32,000 nucleotides of DNA from contig NW_008806283.1 in the NCBI RefSeq assembly GCF_000400465.1, forward strand, positions 270,001 through 302,000, in the 5' to 3' direction. The DNA comes from Wallemia ichthyophaga EXF-994 (taxonomy: Eukaryota; Fungi; Basidiomycota). A program made the position numbers and the translations under genes. A model generated the notes under the pieces. It saw only the letters and a program-made list of their open reading frames with translations. It was not told where the DNA came from and searched no databases. Below, piece by piece: positions 1 through 11,130 of this stretch (position 1 is its first letter; each line of letters opens with the position of its first letter).

Positions 1-3000
1 AGTAACAAGTGAGAGATTACCAGCCAAATTTTGAGCCATCAAATGGGCAGCAGCTTGCATCTTGGTTTCGTCACCCTCCATAGCGAAATCCTTGACGATC
101 AACTCTCTTGTAGAAAGTGAAGCGATGGTAACTGAGCGCTCGACAACAGGTGCAATGATTTCCTTAATAGCTCTATCAATAGCAATATGCATCATCCTCT
201 GTAAATGTGCGTTATTTGCGAAGATTGGGTTCGATGAATCAAAGACCAAGTATTGTGAAATGTTTGGAACTGCAGCGATCAACTCTGGTGCAAGGTTTTG
301 TTGAGTACGCTCTTCGTGTTGAAGTAATGGCGACTCTGGTGCAACATTTTGTTGGGCGTTTCCATTTGCTGCGATTTGTTGTTGTAATTGTAATTGTTGC
401 TGTTGTTGTGCTGCGGCTGCTGCTTGCTGTTGCAACAAGGTTGCTTGGACACGATCGTTTGAAGCACCAGCCATCTGTAATCTTTCCAATTCTGATGTAA
501 GGACATTTGCACCTGATGCACCTGGAGCTGTAGGTGCGTGGGGAGCGACATCCTTTGCTGGGCGATTTTTGACGACGTTCGTTGGCTCAATGTCCTTGAT
601 CTCGATACCTAGACTCTTGCAAAGTACCTCGATCTCAAACTTTAAGTTCAATTTGAGGTCTGCAACGACGTAGAGTTCAACAAGGAGCTTGAGAACTGCC
701 ATCAACCATGGATTTGGTGGCACAAAGACTCTGCTACGAGAACATTGCTCCAAGACTTTGCAAACGAATGGAATAGCGACAATTAACTTGTTTGTATCAA
801 AGCCTTCCAATAATAACTCCTTAAATGAAATGTTACGATGGCGAATTGGCTTGTCTTTGGCAAGTGTCAAGCCACCCAACCACGAACCGAGGTTTTTCAA
901 GTGCGAACGATCAGTGGAGTTGCTGACCGTCTTGTCTTCATTGAGAAGCTCACGAACTTTGATATAAGTCTCGCGAAGAACATGACGAACAAGCTCGCTT
1001 TCATTAATAGATTCCAGAAATTGCATGTAAAGGTTATGGTTGTTTGGCTCGATACTGACACGCTCCAGAACCAGATAGTGAGCGAACCATCTAGAGTATT
1101 CGGCCTTAAATCTTTCTCTCATCTCGCCCGACTTTGATGAAAAGTTGTTTGGAGCAAGATTGTTGACAATGAAAAGAATTCTGTCAGATGTCTCTTCATC
1201 TGGAACTGGGTAATCTTCGGCTTCATCGTGTCCCAAGTTGTCTGGCTTGACTGTGTTGAACGAAAGCTTGGAGGCTGGGGAGGAAATATCTAAACCACCA
1301 ATTGGGTTGCCACTTTGAGATCTTCTCACTTCATTGGAGTGCTCGACAGCTAATCTTAGGTAAAAGCCGAGGTCAGGGATTGTTTCGATTAGATGTCTGA
1401 TTGCTAGCAATGCTTGACAAACTTGAGGCCACTCTGGTAAACGTCTTTGGAATTGTGAGAGAGCCTGTACACCAAACCTAAATCTGTTGGTGTTTGGAAG
1501 CGACTGTAACGCCGTCAAGACATATCTAATAGCAATACCGAGTGGAATAAAGTCGATCACCTGAAATTGTATCAGTGAACCGAAGAGAATACCAGTAAGC
1601 GCCAATTCCGCTGCTGGGTATGTCTCATAATGCCTGTACTCCTCGAAAACGGTGTGAATCATGGCTGCAAACAACTCATGATCACGTGAATTGGTTGATT
1701 GCTTGCATTTCTCCAAGAAGACGATAACTTCATCCACACGCAGCTCGCCTGAGTACATACGATGGTAATAATCTTCCACTTGCCTGTCTAAGTCTGGAGA
1801 GAAGGTCGTAACTGATAATCCAGGCTCCTGTTCAGAGTGAGGGGTGAGGTTCATTAAGCGAGGCCAATATTGCAGGCAAAGGTTGCGAACTTCCTTGTAA
1901 TACTCAATGTCATCAGCCACTAATGGTAAGATTTCGGCGTTTGCACGTAAGACTCTTAAGAAAATGGCAACCGTTTGAACGTTGATATTAAGTTGATTGT
2001 TGACAGCACCAGTGTTAAGCTTGATCGCTTCAGCTTTTGCCTTGGAGTCAAGGAATTTCAAAGCGTCTCTAAAGAAAGAAATGACATGTAAAGTGACACC
2101 GTTCTGTAGCCACTTTTCCATGTTTAGATACTCTCTGCGACTGGCGAGTGCAGCCAAGTCAAATGCGAAAGTGACTGGCTTGATTTCAAGCACTTGGTCG
2201 AGGATCTGTAGCTCGTCAGTAGCTGCAAACTAATTAAATGAGCAAGTCACCTTTAGATCTTGAGCAACATCCAATATACGGGTGACGTTCATGTTGTTGT
2301 CTTGATAGAACTGCTTGAAGGCACTGAGTAGGAAGTTACGGTCGATCTGCCAAAGTCTAAGGAAAACGAGCTGGTGGGAAGGATTACCAGCGAGAAATAG
2401 CGCAAGGAGACGGGTGATTAGTTCAAGGTGGTAGTTTGACCATGGTTTCTGGAAATATAATTAGCGGAGGAGGGAGATGATGATAGAAAACCTACAGGCA
2501 ATTGAACCAAACCAAGAAGAATAATTTCACCGTGGGTTCTGCATCCTGTCTCTAACAAATCACGAGCCAAAACATTGATTGGTTCTGGACCATGATCTTG
2601 AAGCTTAGTGACGATATCTACCACATCAATGCAGTTCCAAAGAGAAGATTGTACGGTAGCGGCCATTGCCTTGATAGCAGGGCTAGAATGATTGACAAAA
2701 TCCACGGTGATAGCTTTTTTCGCTGAAAGAGCAGCGAAAGAGACTTGATCGTTGGAAAGTGAGAGCAAGCCCGCAACTGCGCTAATTTGAAGAGAAGGAT
2801 TAACCCAAGTGCCAACTAAACCCATCAAAGGAGATTCCTCACTAACTTGGTAAGATGGAGCTGAGAGGAGAATGTTTGCAAGAATGTTTGGAGTTGGTGG
2901 GGGGTTGTTAGGAGAGTCAAAGCCACGAATGATGAGTTTGTAAGAGGGTTTGGTTGGGTAGCTGTTTAGAATGCTCATAATAGTTGGTATATCAACGTTA

Positions 3001-3917
3001 TTTGACATGATACCTAATTGGCCGAGACAAGAAAATAACTCGGAAGCTCTGAGGTCTAAAGAGTCATTTTGTTGGCGAGTGGATGGCCAGCCAAATTTAA
3101 CAAACGCAGCTTCAACAAGCTTAACTGAAGTCCTCAATTCCAATGTGGACGACAGCTCAACCAACAAATGGGCTAAAGTTTTTGAAGGAGTGAGGTTGAT
3201 GAAGGGAATGACACGGTTTGCGATGAGAGCAGGCAAGGCAGATTTAAGCCTAGTTGAGAAGGCTAGAGTGAGTGACTGTATATGTGTCAAATCGAGATTG
3301 TTGTTGGATAAGAGCGTAATCAGGAGTATGATCAAGTCGGGGTTGTCATCCTCAACGAAGCTACCAGCGCCGATAATGAATTGCTTTGAAGCTTGATCGA
3401 CAAGCCAGCTATTGAGAATCAACTTTGATTGCTCGACCAAGTTTGAAGAGTGGGCGTCGAGGAGAGCTGTAACGATGACGAGAGACTCAATGAGTGGGAT
3501 TTCTAATTTGCTTATCAGATCATCCAAATTAATTCCCTCAAATTGCTCGTTATCCAAGCTATCCTTGACGTGTAAACTGAGCTGGAATCTACCGCCTAAT
3601 CTAATCAATTCAAATCGTAAAAGTTTAATCTGCGTTGGATTGTTCTCAATCCCTTTAAGCTGATTGATGTAGCTGAGTAGAAGTCGGCGTATAAAGTACA
3701 TTTGGTTATCTTGTCCATGCTGTTCGATGAGCTGAGGTAGCTATGTTAGATTGTACATTACTTCCATCCACTCCCCACTCACGCTCTTTATCTCAGAATA
3801 ATTCCTCTCCAAGTTGTCCTCCGTAATCGTTGACACCAAAAACACTATTTGTGCTTGGATTATTGGCTGTGGGTCTTTACGCGGGTTGCTGCTCGGTGAA
3901 TTTGGTGGTTCACTCAT
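1..3917 (-). CDS. NOT1: CCR4-NOT scaffold subunit Not1, 5' portion (continues beyond the window start)
   Basis: ATG at 3917 gives MSEPP...QAQIVFLVSTITEDNLERNYSEIKS|LIEQHG...YFIRRLL, the Not1 N-terminus. Introns at 3782-3732, 2495-2449 and 2250-2206. Downstream peptides FDLAALASRREYLNMEKWL and IDRAIKEIIAPVVERSVTIASLSTRELIVKDFAMEGDE are typical Not1 motifs. Confidence 0.95.
360..435 (-). repeat. CAA/CAG/GCA-rich low-complexity tract encoding QQQAAAAAQQQQQLQLQQQ in Not1
   Basis: Manual translation in the Not1 frame. Confidence 0.8.
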
Positions 3918-4289
3918 TCTCCTGCGTTTTCCTGCGTTTTCAATTTATTTATCTTTTTTCGTCGTCGTTGAGCTAAAGCACGCGGTTTTACTGAAATTCA
4001 AGCTCTACTTTAACAAATTTTTTGATTTATTTCAAGTAATTTGGTCTTTTATTATACAGCTAAGCCATTTCCTTTTCACTTGTCGCTTCTGTTGCTCTGG
4101 CGTGCGTCCGTCACGCTATCTTTGGCATTTCATTTTCACAATTTATTCATTTCTATTGACATATTCTTCATGTATCGTGTTATTTCACTCAAATATTTTC
4201 TTCTTTCCCTCTCTCTGGAAATATCCGCGCTAGATTGAATATCAGTTGAAGTTATCGCTGGCATAGAAATCGTGATGCACAGGCAACTT

Positions 4290-5300
4290 TTATACTTGCT
4301 GCAACAAATAGTGGATTCGGAGATTACTTCTTTTAATGCTGTCCAGGTCTACACGCTTAGTGCTGAAACGCGATTTGGTAGTTTGCTGACGCAGCTCGTC
4401 TACTCAGTGAAAAATGCTGGTTTCATCTTCTCGATCTTTTCTCATGGATCGACCTATTCCTTATGCTGACTGCCTTTGTCGTCATCTTCGAGCTCGAAGT
4501 TTGATGACGTGCTTCTTCTGTCGGTTGTGAACCATGGATCCTTGTTCGAGTGTTTCTCCTTCTCTTGTTCTTGATTCCAATGATTTGTACGAAACTTAAC
4601 GCGGTGCTTTGGAAGTTAAGCAAGTGAGCACATTCACTTTACCATACACACCTCGGCTCAAGCGACAGACAATGTGATTTTAAGTTTGCAAATAACAACT
4701 CTCTTGGGTAGAATCCATCGGAAGATACAAAATCTCATGCTCCGCTCCACTTTATATCCAGATATCCCAAAGGCGGAGGTGGATTTAAAGGGATTCAATT
4801 AATCCGAAACACATTTGCTGTTCTTTTTGTACATGTCATAAGCTACCTTGAACCTGCTTTGAATTTCATTTTGCAGGCAAATCCCACTTCAAGCAACATA
4901 CCAGCCAAGCAACGTCGGGTATATCCACCTCTCGAGAAACCAATTATGCAAATTCTGTTACCAATTCTGCCACTGAGTGAGATGGCATCGTTTGTGATTT
5001 AAAAGAGCTCGCCTGCAGTTCTCCATCAGGTAAGTATATGGCTGTCTGACGTGATGTCCCAAAACGCTACCCATAGCCATGTAGCTGATATCACTCAGCT
5101 GGTTGGCTACATTAGCGTACTTGTTAGTTGGGTACGTTTCTCACCCACTTTGATAGTACATGGTCGGCATTTCGGGCTCATCGTTTCCCACTTTCTAAAT
5201 TGAAGGAGAAGTTCTCTCAGGCTGCGTAGGTGAATTACCGCCGCTACTTATCGATTAACAAGAGAGACGAGTCAAAGCAAAAGCGGTTGACACGGGAATG
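4290..5300 (-). pseudogene. Decayed DUF2235 / Tle1-like alpha/beta-hydrolase (putative lipase) pseudogene
   Basis: Manual translation gives family motifs in the correct order: AFCFD; MYYQSG*ETY (family YYQxGVGTY, in-frame TGA at 5143-5141); LGHHVRQPYTYLMENC|RIGNRICIIGFSRGGYTRRCLAGMLLEVG; a frameshift near 4875; AYDMYKK; TAA near 4800; FKST; HRVKFRTNHWNQ. Boundaries are approximate. Confidence 0.75.
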
Positions 5301-6751
5301 CGAGCATTCACCGAGTAAGATAAATCACCGCGGCTGACCAAAGCGTTCCACGGGTAAGGAAAGTATATCTAATCAGAAAGGTGTGAATTGGATTGATTGA
5401 TGTTTTTCTATTTGGATTGCTCATGTTGACTTGCAATTTGCCTCATCTGGGTGTATATGTGGGGTAGCAATTAATAAAACTCTAGCACAAGCTGAATATA
5501 ACTACGCCTTTCTTAGTGTGATGTTATTCATTGCAGCTATGAAAGTACTTTAGAGCTCTCGTTATACGCTTAGACATGTATGCAACTGTTGCATATGTCC
5601 TTGGAAGTGTTTCCTTTACTTTTGCAAGTGCACTGCTAGGCAAACTTGATGTGATTCAAGTTTCATCACAATCTATGCTCGTCGTAATGAGAAGCGCATT
5701 ACCGCCTCTAACATCTCATTGTTCATTCATGTTATTAACTAGCGGTGCTAGACCGGTGTTTCCAATGTGATGAAACTTGAGACTACAATCTTAATAGTCG
5801 TAGTTCTAGTCTCCTAATCTAAAATTTCAATGCACATTTGGCAAACGTTATGATGATGATATAATGGTAAAAATTTAATTCTCACTTCCATGATTCTGGC
5901 TGACAAGTAAAAATTATGAGATTGAAAAACACAAATGCTTCACTCAATTGTGATGCGATGTCTGCGAACATTTTCGAAACCGTGAGCAGCACCGCTTAGA
6001 GTCTATTGATTGTGTCGCAATACACTGCTGATGTCACCAGTAGTACATATTTTCTTTCTATCTCTGGATAATTTTGTCAAAAATTCTGTACGAAATTGTG
6101 TACAAAGCTTAAATAAACTTTTTTATATTATGAATGTTTTGCATTTTTCCGATAGAATGGCTTTTGTGACGATGCCGCCAGCATCTTAATATTTCCCTTC
6201 AATTTGGCCAAATATAAGCAATTTTGTCATTAAATGAATCAAAGATGAACAATAATCTGTACCAAATCATTTAATTCAGCAATATTGACTTTTTTCTATG
6301 CTGCTGCCTTTGTCACAAGGGTATGACAGAGTGAGCTTAATTCACAACCAAATCCAAACCAAGCAAAGAGAAAAAGGAGAAATCAAGGACATATTTCTTC
6401 AGCATATACATATTCGAACCTTCTTTGCAGAGCTCGAAGACGACTACGAAATATTCGATTGGTGATACAATGATGTTGTCCTAACTTGTTATCTGTTTCA
6501 ATGCGGCGGATAGACTTACAAAGTTTGCCCTTCTCAGTTTAACGAGCTTTCTTATCGAGCCTTTGACTTTAATTGGGTAAATGTCTGTGTTCTAAAGTAT
6601 AATGTTATGGGACGGGTGCATGTTGACTCCAAGTGTTTTCGTAGAACCTCCTGCTTTCTCACGCTTCCTCACCTTCGATCATAGTCCTTTTCAGCCTTAC
6701 CTCAGTCACACCTCCGAGACAACTTCACTTAAGAACTAAAATCGGGGTACG

Positions 6752-6820
6752 GTGTCGGAGTCTAACCACAATTTGAAATTTTTAAGCGGAGTTCGGATTT
6801 TCACAGGATAACTCCGACAC
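6752..6820. repeat. Perfect 10-bp inverted repeat GTGTCGGAGT/ACTCCGACAC with a 49-nt spacer containing a third CGGAGT
   Basis: Read directly: arms at 6752-6761 and 6811-6820; CGGAGT also at 6787-6792. Confidence 0.8.
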
Positions 6821-6956
6821 TCTCCTTATCTGTTTTGAGAAATGATGACAACGTAAATAATTATTGTGTTGCAGTCATGAATCATACAAATTGAATAGAG
6901 ATGAGGCATATATAGAGCTTTAAAGGTAGTTAATCTAAAAATACATGATTATCCAG

Positions 6957-9158
6957 TTATTTTGCTTCTTCATCGACGATAGTGGTTCCTTTGAGACCCT
7001 TGAGTGCTTTCCTCTTGTTCTTGCGTAGTCGAACAGATTCGCGGACATTGAAACCATCGGCAAGCAGTGATTGTACATCTTCTAGGTGAAGCCCAGCTGT
7101 CTCTGGGTAGCAAAAAAGTAGGTACATCCACCCGCAGAAGACAAAGCCAGCGAACAAACCAAATGTTCCCGAAGGTGTAATACCCTTTTGCATGGAGAGA
7201 TAAGACTCTGAAATGATCAAGTTGCACGCCCAGTTTGTTGCGGTGCCAATACCAGTTCCAAGACCTCTGGTTTCTAAGGGAAACAGCTCGCTCATTGTCC
7301 ACGGTAAGTGGCCCAAACTTTAATGATGTCAGCCTGTTGCTTCTTTCTCCAAATGGCACGTACCCAATACCATAAGCCCCGACGTAGGCGACAAAGCCAA
7401 TAATTACAGCGACTTGCTTACCAGAATCGTATGTGACGGCAGGATCTTCAACCAATTGGAACCCGGTGTCTTTAGTGAGATAGTAAAGTGAGACAATCGC
7501 CCACACACAACCCAGGATAACGCCTGGCGCACTTAAATACACCATCTTGAACAATTAATAGAGTTCAAATGCGTTCATGACATTAGACTTACCAAAGGGC
7601 GACGGCCTGTCTTATCAACTAAAAACATGCCCAAGCTTGTAAAGACGAAATTAGCAGCAGCAATAATCAAGCCACCTAGAGGCGAGTTCTCGAATCCAAG
7701 CATCTGGAAGAGAGTGGGGCTGTGAATGTGAGAAAATGATCCTAAAGAATAGATTCTGGTGAAAAGTTTCACAAGAATCTTTTCACCGAAGCTATTCACT
7801 AGATCTATTTACTTACGCGAAATACATCAATCCGTTGAAACCTGACAATCTATCCTGAGTCAGCTATGCGATAAGATAAGGTAGATCGCTCAACTGTTGA
7901 GAGCTTAATTTGAAAGTCAGAAAAAGTCAGAATGAAAAATCGAACTGACGCCTGTAAAGTCATCGCGAGAGACAGAGCCCTAAGGTTCTTTGGTATAGTG
8001 AACAGTGACTTGAAGAGCTGCCATACAGTGTTTTCCCTCTTAACCTGTACGCTTTCATCGACGTTGGCGACGAGAATCTGCACAGTGTGAGTATGCGCGG
8101 CGAATAGCCAAGCTACTTACATCGTATTTGAGAGCCAGCTCTTCTTGTGTAGCCTGCTGATATACGCGAGCAAGCTACGTGTAAGCTTCTTCGTTGCGCT
8201 CCCGGGAGAGCAAATAACGGGGCGACTCCGGCAGGTAATGTACAGCAATGGCCTGGTATATTGCGGGCGCAGCGCCAATCACCAGCATAATGCGCCAGTT
8301 GTCCGGATCATTGAAGTTGATGAGACCAGCACCAATTCCGTACGCAATGACTTGGCCCAATGTGATTGTGACAGAGTTGATAGTGACGAGTGTGCCGCGC
8401 AGTTGAGGCGGGGAAATCTCACTAATGAAAAGTGGCCCAATACAACTGGAAAACCCTACCCCGAATCCCAAGATAAGGCGACCAACCGCGGCTTGAGCGA
8501 CCGAGTACGACGCACCAAAGACTACTGTACCAATACAGTAGCAGATATCACTGATGACGAGTACCCATTTGCGACCAATCCTGTCACTCAGAGCACCAGC
8601 GAAGAGGGAGCAAATGAATGCACCTGCCGTAGTCATAGCTGTGACTACCTCTGTGAGATGCATTAGCTCGAGCATACGGTGAAGGCAAGGTGAGCACATT
8701 GAGTGCAAATTTTTACCAACCTTTGTGATTCGAGGAGAGGGGCTCGTTATTCAAACTCGTACCAATAGAGACTGTAATACTACCGATAATACCAGTCTCA
8801 TAGCCTGCGCAGGGTTAGATGGGTCTGTTGAATGGGGAAGGTACGAACCGAACTGTGAGTCGTTAGGGTGATCTACCGGTGAAGAAAGGCACTCACCATA
8901 AATCCTGCAACGGCTGCCGTCACACAGACAAAGACAATGTATAAGGTCACCTACGCAACAACGTTAGTCTAAGTAGTGATTGCACACACGACGCACTTTC
9001 TCCTCCCCCTCTGCCATAACGATCTTGTCGTCGACGTCAACAAACTTCTTTGATTTGGGGTTGCTGTTGTCGACGTTCTCTACGTGCTCAGCGGCACCGT
9101 TGAACCGCCTTTTATCTTCCTCGGTGAATGGTTTCTTGTCTTCGGTGAATTTCGACAT
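6957..9158 (-). CDS. ITR1: MFS sugar-porter family transporter, myo-inositol transporter (Itr)-like, multi-exon
   Basis: ATG at 9158 (MSKFTEDK). Spliced peptides include AVAGFM|FG|YETG, LSDRIGRKWV, PLFISEISPPQLRG, LPESPRYL, VDKTGRR and SELFPLETRGLGTGIGTATNWACNL...PETAG. Numerous short GT-AG introns. Confidence 0.9.
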
Positions 9159-9262
9159 TAGAGAAAACAAAGATGAAGAAGACAGCCTATAAATAATGGC
9201 GTATCTAATTCATTCAGATGATTGATTGACACATCTGATCTGGCGGAAGACAGGCACATTGG

Positions 9263-9286
9263 TCCGCAATTTCCTCCGCAATTTCC
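9263..9286. promoter_or_regulatory. Tandem 12-mer TCCGCAATTTCC x2 within a CGG-triplet cluster upstream of the transporter; candidate Zn2Cys6 factor sites
   Basis: Perfect direct repeat at 9263-9274 and 9275-9286. Neighbouring CGGAAGA and CGGAGTA, and ATTTCCTCCG recurs near 9541. The regulatory role is inferred. Confidence 0.4.
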
Positions 9287-11130
9287 GGAGTAGACAAAGG
9301 AAGTGAAAAGCCGTGCAATAAGGTGACGAAATTCGCCTGGTAGTGGTATTCAAATGATAAAAAGCCTGTGTATGCCGCCCTCTGAATTTGGAAATGTCCG
9401 CCTTTCTCGCGTAGGTGCAGAAACTAGGGTTGGCATGTGCGTAAGTGGTTAGGTAAAAGATTAAGCTGTAGCATAGACCTGGTGCTATAAAAGTGCTGGG
9501 GCTCCTACGATTTACAAGAGGACTACCGGCAGGCAACCGAATTTCCTCCGATATATTCTCCAATGGATCGGAGCGCTGGAAGGGGAAAATAGAGCGCGTG
9601 AGCAGGATCAAGAGCATTAAGGGCTTTATCACATGCAGTCGGCATTTTTAGTACGCTCTATCGCAGTGCAGAATGTACCAGTTCTTCGGAAGCTAAGGAG
9701 GCAACAAGCTATCTTGAGAAGTGAAGGATTAGTGTAGAGAGTGAGCTGAGGAGCGAGAAGTCAATGCATTGAGCAAGCAAGTTAGACGATATGGATTGCT
9801 TGCTCTACCTGCAGATGCAACCAAGCAACTATACGACACACAGGGGTGGTTTAATCGAAGTGAGATTGTCTGGATTTAACAGCTTTTTTTGTTGATGTAA
9901 AACAATTGAGTTTTAGCAGAACATCGTGAATAATTTGACAAATCAAGACCCCATCGAAACCCCGAGAAGATGTCCATTTAGGGCGGATATGAGTATGAAT
10001 CGATTTACAAAGATATTAAAGTTATTTCTGGGTTCTTAGGCAAAACCACCGCTTGAAATATGCGTATGAGCTTTCTCTCAGCTCCCCTGCGTCTGTCTGG
10101 GTTCTTGAAACTCTTGGTCTTTTTTTGCTGCCACGAATAAACACCTTGCACCAAATGATTTCCGCAATTTTAATCAGCAAATCATCGGAATTTGATCGAG
10201 TTGATCAAAGATCTTTTATCTTGGGTCTTTATCTCTTGATGCAAAAAGACGTTTTACCTTCGGCTTGTGGTTCGCTGGATATGCCTGTGTTAACCATACA
10301 GTGCAATTAGGATTGCTTACGGCTGTCAAAACATTGTCGCCGTTTGAACTTTCTTCTCACTCCATCTAGCAAATCTGGTCAATCATCGAATGGAGAAAGT
10401 ACCTCGTTATACCACTAGTCATTTCATGTGCTTCTGTGCTGCCATCGCACTTAGCTGTTTTACTATATATCTCGAATTGCGTCGAGCAGCTAGACTAGAC
10501 TTCTAGCCAGGGTCAGATGAAAGTCACCTGTGTAAGCTTTTTTGTTTCGCTCCCGGGAGAATTAATAAACTTGATTATCAACATGAATGCTTTACAGTTC
10601 TTTTAAAAAAAGAGAGATTTACGCCCTAATAGCAAGCTATGAGCGCTTTATCAACGTTATTGATCCAGGCTTAGACTTGAAAGTCTGTCACTTCACGTGT
10701 GAGCCTATAAGTTTAATAAAGCCAGCTATAATTAGGATTGCTGCTCTTGAAAACTGCCCTTCATTTACGCAAACGCTCTGCTTATCGCCAAGCACGCTTC
10801 ACAATCATGGTCATGCAGTCATAAAACACGCGAATTGAAGAGACATTAGGCATAAACCAAGCCTAAATAAGCTGATTAATCTTAAAATCCTTTATTATAC
10901 TTCTTTGAGATCTAGTGTTTTGTGGCAGTTGTGAGTGAAACGCCGTAACCGTGGCCCTCGAGTGAGAATAGCTCGTTGCTCAAAAAGCACTTGTCTTGAG
11001 TATAAGGCTGCAATTAGCATTTAAATCGACAACATTCAGTAGTCAGCAGTCAATGCAGCATTAAAGTATAGCAATGGAATTACAAAGGAATATAAGTATG
11101 ATTAAGTAATTAGGTTGTTAGGTTATTCTA

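Noticed and set aside
3814-4238. Phe/Leu-rich plus-strand ORFs
   Set aside because: Antisense to the purine-rich NOT1 5' leader/promoter; a compositional artefact.
5400-5900. Hydrophobic short frames (e.g. ORF 5576-5770) and the TATGCAAC-T-GTTGCATA palindrome
   Set aside because: Multiple stops in all frames, no recognisable family, and the palindrome is short enough to be chance.
10587-10838. Plus-strand ORF containing VIDPG, resembling a RuvC-I DPG motif, next to the Fanzor-like gene
   Set aside because: It is on the opposite strand from the Fanzor-like ORF and has no downstream RuvC-II, zinc-finger or RuvC-III motifs; most likely coincidence.
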